Shown one piece after another: positions 1 through 12,369 of a stretch of DNA of 62,000 nt. This DNA is from Vicugna vicugna (taxonomy: Eukaryota): positions 3,745,668 through 3,807,667 of the forward strand of contig MU057887.1 of assembly GCA_013265495.1 (NCBI GenBank), written 5' to 3'. The notes beneath the pieces are model-generated. The model had not been told where the DNA came from, ran no database searches, and worked only from the letters and a program-made list of their open reading frames with translations. The position numbers were made by a program, and so were the translations under genes. How positions within the stretch are numbered: position 1 is the stretch's first letter; every line of letters starts with the position of its first letter.

Positions 1-918
1 TCGCAGAAAGGACAGTGAGAGGAAGCCCGCAAAGCACAGCCGTGGTTGCCAGGATCCCGGAACAAGCTGGGCAGGAGGCAGCTTCCGCGGGTGGACGTGC
101 TTGGTCGCGGCTGCGGGGGGTGGGGGTTGACGCGGGCTGACCGGCACCACCTGTGCGGTGCTTCTCTCTCCGGGCATCCAGCCCATCACAGCCGGGCTGT
201 GCGCTGACGACCTGTGCACTTGCGTGTGTGCGCCGTGCTTCCAAAGAGAGCTGAGGGATGAGCGCGCGCCCGCGTGAGGCTGACTGTGGGACTCGGGGCT
301 CCCCGACGCAAACTCGTGATAAGGACAGAGAAGCACGTCCTCAGAGCAGTTGCCTTGGAGCACCTGCCCCACCTGAAGAATGTCTGTGCTGCCCTCATCT
401 CCCCAAGACGCCTCCATTCTGGTGAAAGTTAAGGCGTCCCCCTGGGGAGGACGGGGCGGTGGGTGGGCGTGCCAGCTGTCCCCACGAGCTTCGAGCCCTA
501 CAAGGGTCCTGTCCCGGCACTAAACCCTCTCACACACGGGAGCTGCCGGCCCTGTCCCCCCGGGGGGGGCCTGGGGGCAGGGGGCGTGGCTTCTGTGGAT
601 CACCAGGAGTCTGTCCCTGACCCAGAAACCTTGTCTGGGAGGAGCCCACAGCTGCAGTCACATGATGGGGGCACACTGACCGTGTGGCTGCAGGAGAGAT
701 TTTCACCGTGCGTGTCTGCATTTCTTGAGTTTTGGAAGTATTACTATTTCAGAAGTGCAGCCGAAATGTAGTGCCTCAGCTGTGAGTCTCCACGTGGGGC
801 CAGGACTGGGGCAGGAAACAAGGCTGGCTTGAGCGTGTCAGAGGCAAGGGACTCATGCTCCAAATCCAAAATAAACATACAAAGCGCCCCGCACACCTCA
901 GCCCCAAACAGCACTTAC

Positions 919-1010
919 CTTGACCGCCTTGTCCGTCAATTGTCTTGCTATTTTGTATTTGTCTAACTTGGGGGAAGAAAGCAAGTCTTGGGGAATTCCT
1001 CGTTTTAACT
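919..1010 (-). CDS. TTLL8: TTLL8 internal coding exon (gene continues left of the window)
   Basis: Acceptor tttctctcttgcag, donor AAG|gtaagt. Encodes (K)LKRGIPQDLLSSPKLDKYKIARQLTDKAVK, matching the recalled TTLL8 N-terminus (KLKQGISQDLASSSRLDRYKIARQLTEKAIK). 92 nt, phase 1 to phase 0. Confidence 0.9.
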
Positions 1011-2699
1011 CTGCAAGAGAGAAACGGACATCGGGGCAAAGGGCAGAGCAAAGTGACACCTGACGCAGAGACACCAGCCTAACCCCAGCATCCAGTCCGC
1101 CTACTGCCCACCCCGCCCGTCCCCAACTCCGTCCTGACCTCAGGGGCCGCGCAGGGCCCCCAGGGTCCTGCCTCCATGCCCCCCTGCCCCCCGCCCGGCT
1201 CCAGCCCCCAGACCCTCCCCCTGCACCTCTTCGGGCCCCTCTCCAGGCTGCACCCCGCTCCCGGGCCTCGCCCGCTCTGTGCCTTTTGCCTGCGCTCCCC
1301 GGTTGCTCTGGCCTTGTGGCCTGTCTCTGCTCTCTGGGATCCCCACCCTCTGTCAGCCACTCAGTCGCCCCTCAGCCTCAGCCTGGCCCTGCCCTCCCCG
1401 CCACCAGCCCCTCTCTGCTCCCCTGTCCCACCCTGGCCACCAGACTCCCAGCAGCACACACAAAGTGCCATAGCGTCCGTGTTAAAAATTAAAATCAAAA
1501 CCCTCCGCCCTGCACTCAGCACCCTGCACACTCCCTCTTCCCACTCTCTGCTCCCCTCCCTCCACAGCCCCATCTGCTGGCTCCACCACAGACACGGCTC
1601 AGTGGGATGCGCCTGGTCCCGGCCTGCCCCTTCTCCCTTGGCCCCGCCACTCCTCACTGCCCTAACCATGGACACACCAGGCCTGGGTTCAGACCTCTAC
1701 ACGACACCTCCATGCCCACCCCTGGGCCATCTCATCCCAGACAGTGGCTTAAATTCCTCTGGGGTGGACATCTCCCACCCAAACCATCCACCTTCTCGAT
1801 GTCTTCTGGGCCCTCAGGAGCACCTCTGGAGGGAGAGGCAGGCAGCGACACCCCATCCACCCACCCACTGCTCCTCCTGCAGCCCCCACCATGCCGTGGG
1901 CCCGAGAGCCCCCCATCCACGTGGCCAGTCGATGTGGCCAAGAGAGCACTCGGAGGTGTGGACTCGCTGTCGGTGTAGGGAGGCCACCCAGGCAGTGCAG
2001 TGGAGACACAGACGCACAGCGCGCTCACACGGAGGGCGCGGGCCCGAGCCCCTCCGGGGACCAGGCAGCCACGAGGCACAGCCTCGGGCCAGGCAGCAAG
2101 GCCGGGGTTACACAAAAGCACCAACCATCACAGCTAAAATGGGCAAATCAAACTTTATCAGAACTGAAATGTTCTGCTCTACTAAGACATTGAAAAGCCA
2201 AACTCTAGAGTAGGGAGAAAATGTACAAACTGACAAGGCCCACACCAGGGCGTGTCCTGGGGGGCTCCCGCCTCGGGAAGCTCAGGGCAACGTCAGGTGC
2301 AAACTGGAACAGGGGTGGGAGGGCAGGGCTGGCCAAACGGGCTGCACGGAGCGAGACTGTCCACACCCCGCCTCCAGGGCTCACACGAGCACCTGCCCAG
2401 CGGCCCCGAGCCCGCTAACGCCAGCACCTGGGGGCATTTAATAAGTGTTGATTACTTATTAATTATTATTACTGTTTATTAGACGTTGACCACAGAGAAG
2501 GTCTCGACCACTTTCAGAGGGACGGCAGACATGCAGCTCAGGTCCCCCGGTCAGAGCCGTGAAGTGAGGGAGTTTCACCCGGGAGCACAGCAACACGCAT
2601 CTGGATGCGCCTGAAAAACGCCTCTGAGCAACGCGTCAGTGGCGCGATGGGAGGGCGGGGTGTGTGCCCTAAATGAGCGGTGGGCAGGGTACCAAGTAC

Positions 2700-3450
2700 C
2701 AAGCCTCGCTGTTCCGCTCTTTTGTAAAGAGATTTTTAGCTGTAGATGCAAATATTAGAGAATAATAAAGCTAAGGACAGTTAGGAAGAACACAGCAGAT
2801 TCAAAACTGAAGAAATTACCAGAACATGAACGAAGAGGAGACATTTAGTAAAACACCTTTAATTCAATAAAGAAGCTCAACCAGGCCAAGCATCTGAGAC
2901 GAATAAAATTAATAAATAATGAACAGAGAAAAGGCATAAGAAGGTAGTAACAGGACAGGAAAACTCCTTAGGGGGTTAAATACTAAGAGGACGCTGTGAA
3001 CTTTACAGCAATAAATTAGAACTTTAGGCAAAATGGATAAATCCGGGAGACACGCAGATTACTACAAGGAGGAATACAAGACATCGATAATTTGCTACTA
3101 ACACAGAAACCAAATCTGAATCTTACAACCTTCTTGTTAGGAGAACTCCAGGGCCGATGGCCTCAGGGGTGCGTGCCGCCCACCAGATAGATCCTGCACC
3201 GCTTGTTCTCAGCGGGGATGGTCTGACCGCTGCCAGCGAGCTGCAGACGGTGAACTCTCCAGCCAGCGCGACTCACACACACAGATGATAAAGCCATGCA
3301 CGAGAGAGCCCACGGCTGGACTAGAAAACCAAGCACTGTGAAGTCCACCACGTCAAGAGGATAAAGAAAAGGGATAAATAGCTGCAGAAATTCACTATTA
3401 AACATTAATCTTCACTCTTGCTGAGAACCTCACACAAACTAGAAAACACA
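2700..3450 (+). mobile_element. Old L1 ORF2 fragments
   Basis: A-rich sequence with L1-like words (aaaatggataaat, gaaaactcc, ataaaagggata). Boundaries approximate. Confidence 0.5.
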
Positions 3451-4789
3451 TACACAGCCCAGCAGTGACCCTCCTGAGCACCCAGCCTTTCTTCTAAACC
3501 CCATCCTGGCCCCCAGCCCCGGGGGAAGTGGGGGCCAGAGCGCTCAGGAGACCTGGGATTCTGCGCCCAGGTCGTCTCAGGTATCTCGGGGGGAGGGGAA
3601 GCAAACAGGTGCAGAAGCGGCTTCGTGGGGCCCAGACGGCCGAGGGGAGACCCTGGAGCAGCACAGAACATGAGCATCCCTGACTGTACACGGTCCAGAC
3701 GTCCAGCAAGGGTCTCAAAGTGAGAAAGCCACACAAAGAGCCTGGCATGCCAACACCTTCCCTAGAAGCCCACAGCTAAGGGGCAGAAAGAAGCACCCAA
3801 GCTGACCTTCCAGGAGGCCCTGAACTTCAGGGAGGCCCAGCAGGCCTGCGGGGGAAGGTAGTGCTTGTCACCAGTGCAGCTGCTCAGCTGCTCAGCGTGG
3901 GAAGCAGCCCCTTCCGGCAGGGGCCCCCCTGGGCAGCTGAAGCCCCGGAGGAGGTGGTGCGGCGGGAGCCGAGGACACCGGGCCAGAGCTCCCAGTGGGG
4001 TCGTTATGACCACTTCGAAGTTCCCCTCCCCCTCCCCTGCCCAGTGCCCAGGCCTGTGATCGTCACCACCTCCCAGGCACTGATCCAGAAGCCCTGTCCC
4101 AGCCACCTCTGCACCCTGATCCCAATTCAGGGGGATTCTCCAGGGAACCCCACTCACAGTCCAGGGCTCAGACAGCCACCAGGTGCCAAAGTGCCAGCCT
4201 TCAGAGTAGCCACAGGAAAGGCAGTTCCACAACAGAGCGGTCTGGCCAGCGCTGGTCCAGTGCCCGGCAGCACTGATGATGGGAAAGCCAGCACTGTGGG
4301 CAAAGTTAGGTGCACGGAATCACTGCTGGAGGCGTCTTAGCCAAATACTTGACTGGAATCCCATGAAGCCTCTGGATCTCACCTCCAGACCACCAGGTAC
4401 ACACAGGGGACAGGCGGACAGGCTAAATGCCACCACGAGGACAGCCAGGCAAACCCCGAAGCAGAGCCATCCACAGAAAAGGGGCTGTCCCATGGATAAG
4501 CCTACATCTTGCAAACGTAAGGCAAGAGGATTGGTTATTCCAGATAAAAGACAGATAAGAAACAAGACAGCCAAATGCAACATGTGGTCCTTGACTGGAC
4601 TCTGATTTGAACAGACCAACTATAAAATTAGTTGGGGAGTTACTGGAGATATATGAATATACCTTGGGATTTTATTAAGGAATTATTATTAATTTCATTG
4701 AGTGTGAAAAAAGGTTTGGTTCCATAAAAATGTCATTTTTGGAGCTATGTAGTAAATATTTAGACACATACCAATATTTAGTTAGAAAA

Positions 4790-6860
4790 TATGAATAAAG
4801 TTTTAATAAAACCATTATTAAAGACAGAAGAGAGACATTTCATAATACTTAAAAGATCGATTGGTCAGGAAGATATGAACATTTCAAAAGTATCTGCACT
4901 TAATAATATAGCTTCAATATATATAAAACCACAAGTTGACAGAGCTAAAAAAAGACATAGAAAACCCACAATCATACTGAAATATTTTAACACACTTCTC
5001 TCAGTATATGAAAGCGTGAAAAAAGAATCAGTGGAATACAGCAGATTTGAACAACATGATTAACCAACCAGCCCTAAAGGACCCGCGGAGACATTAAGCT
5101 CCACAGCCGGGAACATGCTTTCTTTACAGACACATTTTCCAACACCAATCACCCGCTGGGCTAGAGAGTCTCAACTAATGAGAAAGGACTGAAATAATAT
5201 GGATTAAATTCTCTGACAACTATTGACTCAAACTAGAAATGAATAACAAAAAGGTAACTAGAAATTTTCCTAAATGTAAAAAATTAAGCAGCACACTTTT
5301 CAAATAAGATATGGATCAAAGGAGAAATCAAATGGAAATGATGTGAATTGAACGATAATGAAAATATGGCACATAAAGCATTATAATGCAGCTAACTCAT
5401 GATTAGAGGGAAATACACAGATTTTAAGTGCATATATTAGAAAACAAACTGAAAATTAATTATCTAAGCTACCACCCCAAGAGGTTACAAAGAGAACAAC
5501 AGTTAAACAAAAAGACAGTAGAAGACAGGAAATAAAGATAGGGGCCGAATTCAATTAAATAAGAAAAAAAATGTACTATAGAGAAAATGAACAAAACCAA
5601 AAGTTGGATCTTTGAAACAATTTAAAAAATTTTAAGGGTATTCAAATTTTAATAAGGTCCTGTATAGAAACAGTTTTTTTCATTAATAAACTTCTAAACA
5701 GATTGAACAAGGAAAAAGAGAAAACCTGGGTTACCAATGTCAAGAATGAAAGTGAGGCATCACTGCCGACTGCACAGATATTAAAATAAGATACTGTGAA
5801 CATCCACATACCAATAACTTGGCAGTTCACAATAAATGGACATTTTTCTCGAAAGACACAGCTTATCAAGACTGACATGAAAGAAAGAAAATCTGGATGG
5901 TCCTATTTCTGTTAAGGAAATCAACTCCATAATTAAATGTTTCCCACAGTGAAGCCAGGCCTGGATGGCATTACAGGTCAATCTATCCAAATATTTCAGG
6001 AAATACCTTACACAAACCCTTTCACTGAAGAGGAAAGTAGAAACCCCTACTCAAGTATCTTTTTTCCTTTATTTTTCTTTTTCAAGTCTTTTTGTGAGGC
6101 CACACCTTTAACACCAAAACCTGACAAGGACATTACAAGAAAGAAACAGTACAGGCCAATCTTGCTCATAAAAATAGACATAAAAATCTTCAACAAAACA
6201 TTTGTAAATCAAATCCAGTGACACATAAAACAGTTCAACATGACTATGCGGTATTTGTTCCAGGAATACAAAGGTTGCTTAATATTTGAGAAATCCACTG
6301 CATGATCCTTTAATAGACTAAAGGAAAATCTGTGGGAGAAAACATGTGATAAAATGTAATAACTCTTCATTTTCAAACTCTCAGTAAGCCAGGAACAAAA
6401 TGGAACTTCCTTTAAAACTTACAGCAACATCATACTTCATGGTGAAACACCGAGCACTTTCCCCCTTCGTCTGGAAACAAGAAGAGGTGTCCACTATACC
6501 ATATGTATTCAACACTACACACAAAACGCCAGCCTGTGCAGTGATGCGAGAAAAGGAAATGGGGTCCAAGGATCAAAAAGGTCTGCAGACCATGTTGGTG
6601 TATGCAACCAATCTAATGATTCGAAGCAGTAAATGTATTTAGCAGGGTCACCAAATACCACACCAGGAAACTGAACTCCACTCTCCCCAGATCGATCTAG
6701 ACAATCAGTGGACTCACAATTAAAATCAAGGACGTGTGGGGTGGGGTGGGGTGGAGGGGCGTTAAATTAACAATTTGACTCTGCAAAATCCGAGAAAACT
6801 TGGATACATCTTAAAGAACAAAGTCAGAGACTTACACCACAAAATATTAAGCCTTATGGC
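4790..6860 (+). mobile_element. Degenerate L1 (ORF2 endonuclease/RT region) in the TTLL8 intron
   Basis: ORF fragments RHFIILKRSIGQEDMNI and TPKPDKDITRKKQYRPILLIKIDIKIFNK match L1 ORF2 motifs; many stops and frameshifts. Confidence 0.85.
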
Positions 6861-7002
6861 AAGGCTACTGGAATTAAACCAGGACGGTTCGGAGTAAGGA
6901 CGGGCAGGCAGAGCAACAGAACAGACAGATGCCACCTCCCTGAAGGCCTGAGCTCGCCGGCCACCCCCGGGACGCCCAGGGCGGCTGGCGCAGAATACTG
7001 AC

Positions 7003-7116
7003 TGTGTTCTCTCTGCTCTCCTTCCGACGCCGCCGCCGACGGGAGCCTCTTCCTTTCGCCTGGTTCCATTCCGGCTTCTGGCACCTCGCCCTTGCTCCCT
7101 TCCACCGCCTGGGCCC
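7003..7116 (-). CDS. TTLL8: TTLL8 coding exon containing MEPGERKRLPSAAASEGEQREH (ATG at 7069)
   Basis: Branch-like CTGAC then ccccacctcgcag acceptor at 7117-7119; donor CAC A|gtcagt at 7002. Peptide resembles the recalled human start MEPERKGLSLASSSDGDGREEN. The phase-1 end joins exon 1010-919 in frame. Confidence 0.8.
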
Positions 7117-7176
7117 CTGCGAGGTGGGGTGTCAGTGCTGGAGGGAAGCGGGGAGCGGGTCGCTGGGGGTAGGCGG

Positions 7177-7607
7177 NNNNNNNNNNNNNNNNNNNNNNNN
7201 NNNNNNNNNNNNNNNNNNNNNNNNNNNNNNNNNNNNNNNNNNNNNNNNNNNNNNNNNNNNNNNNNNNNNNNNNNNNNNNNNNNNNNNNNNNNNNNNNNNN
7301 NNNNNNNNNNNNNNNNNNNNNNNNNNNNNNNNNNNNNNNNNNNNNNNNNNNNNNNNNNNNNNNNNNNNNNNNNNNNNNNNNNNNNNNNNNNNNNNNNNNN
7401 NNNNNNNNNNNNNNNNNNNNNNNNNNNNNNNNNNNNNNNNNNNNNNNNNNNNNNNNNNNNNNNNNNNNNNNNNNNNNNNNNNNNNNNNNNNNNNNNNNNN
7501 NNNNNNNNNNNNNNNNNNNNNNNNNNNNNNNNNNNNNNNNNNNNNNNNNNNNNNNNNNNNNNNNNNNNNNNNNNNNNNNNNNNNNNNNNNNNNNNNNNNN
7601 NNNNNNN
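7177..7607. other. Assembly gap (431 N)
   Basis: Run of N characters. Confidence 1.
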
Positions 7608-7840
7608 GGTGAGGGGGGGGCGTGCGCAGGTCCGCTCTCCGAGGGCAGGTCTTGGGCGGGGCGGGCGGGCACCGGTCTAGCTCGGAGGGCTGGAGGGCTG
7701 GGCAGGTGGAAGGGGAAGCCTGGCGTTCGGAAGTAAGGGTAGGTCTGGGGCTCCGCGCTGGTCTAGAATCCCGGGGGCGCGCGCGGGGCGGAGGACGGAG
7801 GGCCGGCCCAGGGTTCGGAGCGGAGGTGGCCCGTGCTCAC

Positions 7841-7889
7841 CCCGGCCAGGCCGCGTGCCCCTGCCCCTAGTCGCGCTGCCCCGCGTCAT
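7841..7889 (-). CDS. TTLL8: Candidate first coding exon of TTLL8 (MTRGSATRGRGTRPGR+g)
   Basis: ATG at 7889, 49 nt, donor G|gtgagc. Phase 1 matches the acceptor at 7116 and the frame stays open to the MEP ATG. Lies in a CpG island. No homology support seen. Confidence 0.45.
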
Positions 7890-7892
7890 GCG

Positions 7893-7907
7893 GTTGCCGG
7901 GGGCGAC
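7893..7907. promoter_or_regulatory. RFX X-box-like element GTTGCC-GGG-GGCGAC
   Basis: One perfect GTTGCC half-site and one near-perfect inverted half-site with a 3-nt spacer, 3 nt from the candidate TTLL8 ATG. TTLL8 is a ciliary/flagellar gene. Confidence 0.5.
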
Positions 7908-9068
7908 GGGCCGGAGCCGCGCGGCGCATTGTGCAGCCCAGGGACGCGGGCGGCGGGACCGCGGGGGCGCGGCGCGGCGGCCGGCACAGGGAGTGGGGCT
8001 CCGGGGGCGCGCGGGCGTCTGGGGGCGGCTCCGGGCGCGGCCCCGGGGGCGGATCCGGGGATGGTGTCGCGCGGGGGGTGTGGAGGGCGCGGGGTCCCAC
8101 GGTCCGTGGTCGGGGACTCTCGTGCGGGGCCCTGGGCAGGGGCCGCAGTCCGAGGCGCCGCGGTGGCCAGCGCGGGGGCTGAGGAGTAGGGCGCGGGACA
8201 TGGTGTCCGCGGGGAGGAGGGCCCGCAGAGTGGCCGGCGCCCCGCTGGCGGTCACACGGTCCCGCCCCGCGCCGGCTGTTGGGCTCACACAGACCCGCCC
8301 TGGCAGTCAGAGCCCCCCAAGTCATAAAGACCCGAGTCACACGCAGGCCCCCGCCCCCGCAGGACCAGCCCGGAGGTCCAGGGCACGCTCTGCCCTGCGA
8401 CTCTAGGGCCCGTCTTCTCGCCCCCACCCCAAGCCTCCCTCTGCACCTAACAGACAACGTCCCCCAACAAGACGCCCACCGAATCTGGGGGGCAGAGATG
8501 ACGCACATGGCCCCCGGGTCATGAGCAGGGCAGGGGCCTGAGCTCTGGTGTCCTCCGGGTCACTCGTGGGGCCTGCACTGCCACCCCTAGGGATTCCAAC
8601 CACTGTTCAGTGTTCCAGACCACCCAGCTGTCCCACCTCACTGGTCCAGCATCTTTGTGGAGGGAGGGTGATTAGGGAAGAACCACCTCCCCCACCAGTG
8701 CCTTCCTCGTGGTAACGTTCCAAAACCTAGATGTCATCTCTACTTGGTTTAAAAATCTTTATTTTGCATTTAACATCCCAAGATAACCAAAAGGGAGATT
8801 CTGCACCCACTTTGAAGCAGCGGGGAGGACTCAGTGAGGGATGGTGGCTGTTCCCCTAGGTAGGCACCGTTGACTCCTGCCCCTTTCCAGTCTCCACCAG
8901 ACCCCACGCACAGACTGGCTCAGGGCAACTAAGTCATAACTAAATTAAAAGGTGGCCGTCACCCCAACGCCTTCCTGTGCTCTATCTCTCAGTTTCTTCC
9001 GAACCTGCACATGGAAATACGGGAGACTCAGAATTAAATATGCCACTGGGCACGTGTACATGTTAGCC

Positions 9069-9074
9069 TTTATT
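9069..9074 (-). terminator. MLC1: Probable MLC1 polyadenylation signal AATAAA (second copy at 8758-8763)
   Basis: tttatt on the + strand, about 2.0 kb past the MLC1 stop, in an AT-richer patch. Confidence 0.6.
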
Positions 9075-11095
9075 GCTCAGGTGGTATTAACTCTATCACA
9101 CAAAAATGCAAACTGACAGAGACAGGATTATATACTTTTAAAACCCTATTTGTCTGGATTTTTCAAGCTCGCTCTGAAATAAGAAAGGGCAAGCCTGTGT
9201 GAAGCCCCCAGGCACCCAGTTTCAGCTCTAAGACTCAGACTTTCTGAATCCCCAGGGAAATATCCTTGTCGCTCCCATCCAGGCAGAGGCAGAGCCCCGG
9301 CCCTACCCCTGGAGCCACAGGAAAGGGAACTGGCCCCGGCTGGCTGCGGCAGGGTGGGGTCACTTGGGTGCAGGTGAGAGCCGCCTCGCTGCCCTGGGCT
9401 TGTTTGGGGACCTGACTGAGGCCTACGTCTGCCTGGCCCCTCACATGCTCTTACCGCCAGAGCTGCCGAGGACGCCGGGCTGAGGACCATGCTGCCAGGG
9501 CTGGCACCTCCACCTTCCAGGTGTCTCACCTGCATCCCCATTTGACTGAAAGTCATGACCCAACTTGTGAATACCATGAAGACACCTAGGCAGCCAGTCA
9601 CCAGGGCTCAGAAGTGAGAAACCAGGGGCCACCCTCGAACCCCCCCACTGGGTCCACAGTTGGCTGGCCCCAGCCCGCCCTCGTCCCCTGGCGCTGTAGC
9701 CCGTTGATCAGAATGGCCCCAGGTGTGGCCAGGTGTTGCCACCAGCCCACAGAGGACTGATTAATGCCCCTCAACTTAGTAAAAAGCCAGCGTCAGCATC
9801 TCCAACACAGCTGCTCGCCTCCTTCCAGTGGGGAGAAAGACCCAGAACCACCATGATGTGTAGCCTTGCGAATGAGTGTGCAGGCCTGAAGACAGTTCCT
9901 GGACCGACCAGCATTCCCCTTTTAGGAGATGCTGCCAACTCCCTAGAGGTGCATTGGTGGCCGTGTCAACTGAGAGACGTGTGCAGTTCTTCCAGAAGAT
10001 TCTGGGTGCATTCAGGGGACAAAGAGATGTCACACCAACTGATCCTTGGCTGATTCTGATCGAAGCAAGTGTAATTCTCACACCCAAAGTGTTCCTGCAG
10101 TCTGGCAGGTGGTAGATGGAGGAGGCCCTGGCCGGGGCTAGCCCTCGGGTGAGTGAGTGCGGGCCAGGGTGAACTGCTGGTTAGGAGGAGGGGAGGGCCG
10201 CAGAATGCCCAGTGACACCCTGTGAGGATGCCAGGGGGGCTGTCTTGCGTTTTAAGCAGGGCCTGGCCTGAGGGAGCAGAGACAGCATGGCAGGAGGGAA
10301 GGAGGGACTCAGCCTCGTCCCAACACAGAGGCCATCACGACACAGAGATGCGGCCAGTTCTCAGGGACGATGACCCCACCCCCAGAGAGCAGTGAGCTGC
10401 CACAGAGGACAGGGTCGGCCCTAGTGTGGCTGTTGATGGAGGGCTCAGGATGAATGCAGGCTCCAGGCAGGGTGCCCGGACGCGCACCAGTGCTACGGAA
10501 TGGGGCCCTCCCAGAAAGACTGCATTTAAGTGTAATGGGAGGGCAGAAATGCAGCCATGTGGGTTTCACGCAGGGAAAGTGAGGGCCGTGGGGGCTGCCC
10601 TGTGGTTCTGCTGGCTCTTGAGACAGGACACAAGCACTCAGCTCGGCCACCTTGTCAAGGAGACGACGCCGGGCCGGCCGGGCTCCTAAGAGGAGGAGTG
10701 CCCAGTGGGTGAGACCCACACGGCTGCAGACGGCAGGTGCGCACCAGACAGGGCAGGGGGGCTACAGAGGTGCAGAGAAGCAGGCACGGCAGCGGGGGAA
10801 TCGTGGTTGCCGAAATACCGCGCCGGGAGAGTCCAGCCGCAGCCTGGGCCCCGCCTTCACCACCGAACTGGAGCCACTGCCTCTGCGTTCAGACCACCTC
10901 GGGAGCGCTGAACTGACCCCCCCACAAGCACAAAATAGTCAGCATTCGCCTATATCAGAATTAAACTACTGTAAGAAATGAAAACTCCACCTTGCAGCCG
11001 GGCCTGCCCTACGAGAGGGGAGCAGCAGCTCCCCGGGGACCACCACCGGCGACGTGTGGGGCCGGGCCGGCCTGGGCCTCCTCGCCGGGCCGCGG

Positions 11096-11452
<357 letters not shown>

Positions 11453-11616
11453 CTAAGTGACTTCAGAGATGTGTAACACATTTTACCCTTTCAAGCTTTT
11501 TCCGGAGTGTTTTTAAAAATACCATGTGACCCAACAGGTCTTGCAGGAAGTTGCTCTGCACGGGCCTGGGAGAGCTGCCCCACCAGCAGGGAGTCCCCGT
11601 CCCAGAGGCCACTCAC

Positions 11617-11769
11617 CTCCCCCGCAGGGCGCTCCTGCTGGCCGGCCGGCGCTGGGTCCCAGGACGCGCCCACTTTGAAGCGCACGCACTGGAGGACGGT
11701 GCCCGTGTTGAGGCTGGCCTGCAGCAGCAGCTCCAGCAGGAGGAGCAGCAGGAGCACGTCATAGGACTG
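11617..11769 (-). CDS. MLC1: MLC1 coding exon 10 (poly-Leu TM8), [17 protein letters not shown]...ERPAGE
   Basis: CAGCAG tandem acceptor, GAG|gtgagt donor, 153 nt. Confidence 0.95.
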
Positions 11770-12369
11770 CTGCAGCGGAGACAGGCAGTGAGCAGCGCGG
11801 CGCCCGCCTCCCCGCTCCCCGCGCCCGGGCCTCCCTCCTGTGTTCTCTGCCGGCACCGACTTGAGCAGTGACAGCTGCGAGAGACGAGGAACTCAGCTCC
11901 GCTTGAAGTCCTGTCCTGGGTTTAACGGAGGAGCACACAAATGACCCACAGGCAGCCAAGCCCGGTGACAGTGCCCCCGACAGCCACACGGGTCAACAGG
12001 GAGCCAACAGAACCACCCATGGTGGCGCCGAGGGTGCCCGTACAGGGCGACGTGACCAGTGACGGGGAAGCAGCCTGCTCTGGAGGGCCCTGAGCCGAGG
12101 AAAGAGAAGGGCGGGCTCCCGGGGCAGCAGGGACACAGGCACCAGCAGCAGCTCGGGCTCAGCCCAGGCTGGAGGCCAGAGGGTCCGGCACTGGTTGCTG
12201 GAGAGGAGGGTCTGAGTGCCCAGGACGGGAGAGCGAGGGGGGCACGCACCCGCGGGGGCTCGTCACCGACACAGGGGAGGCCCAAGGAGGGACTGCAAAG
12301 ACATCCCCAGAGCACTCGCCCCCTTCCCATGCTGCACGGATGTCCCCCCAGCCTCGGAAATACAGAGCA

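Larger units (their letters stand above)
7000..8420. promoter_or_regulatory. CpG island, probable TTLL8 promoter
   Basis: Very high GC and CpG density with GGGCGG boxes at the 5' end of TTLL8. Confidence 0.8.

Noticed and set aside
1176..2213. 345-aa ORF on the + strand
   Set aside because: Low-complexity Pro/Ser product of C-rich intron sequence ending in an L1 remnant; no recognisable domain.
6854..7680. ORFs of 183-272 aa spanning the N run
   Set aside because: Artefacts of the assembly gap.
7677..8508. Several long overlapping Arg/Gly/Pro/Ala-rich ORFs
   Set aside because: Expected from stop-codon scarcity in a CpG island; only the 49-nt segment with a matching donor was kept.
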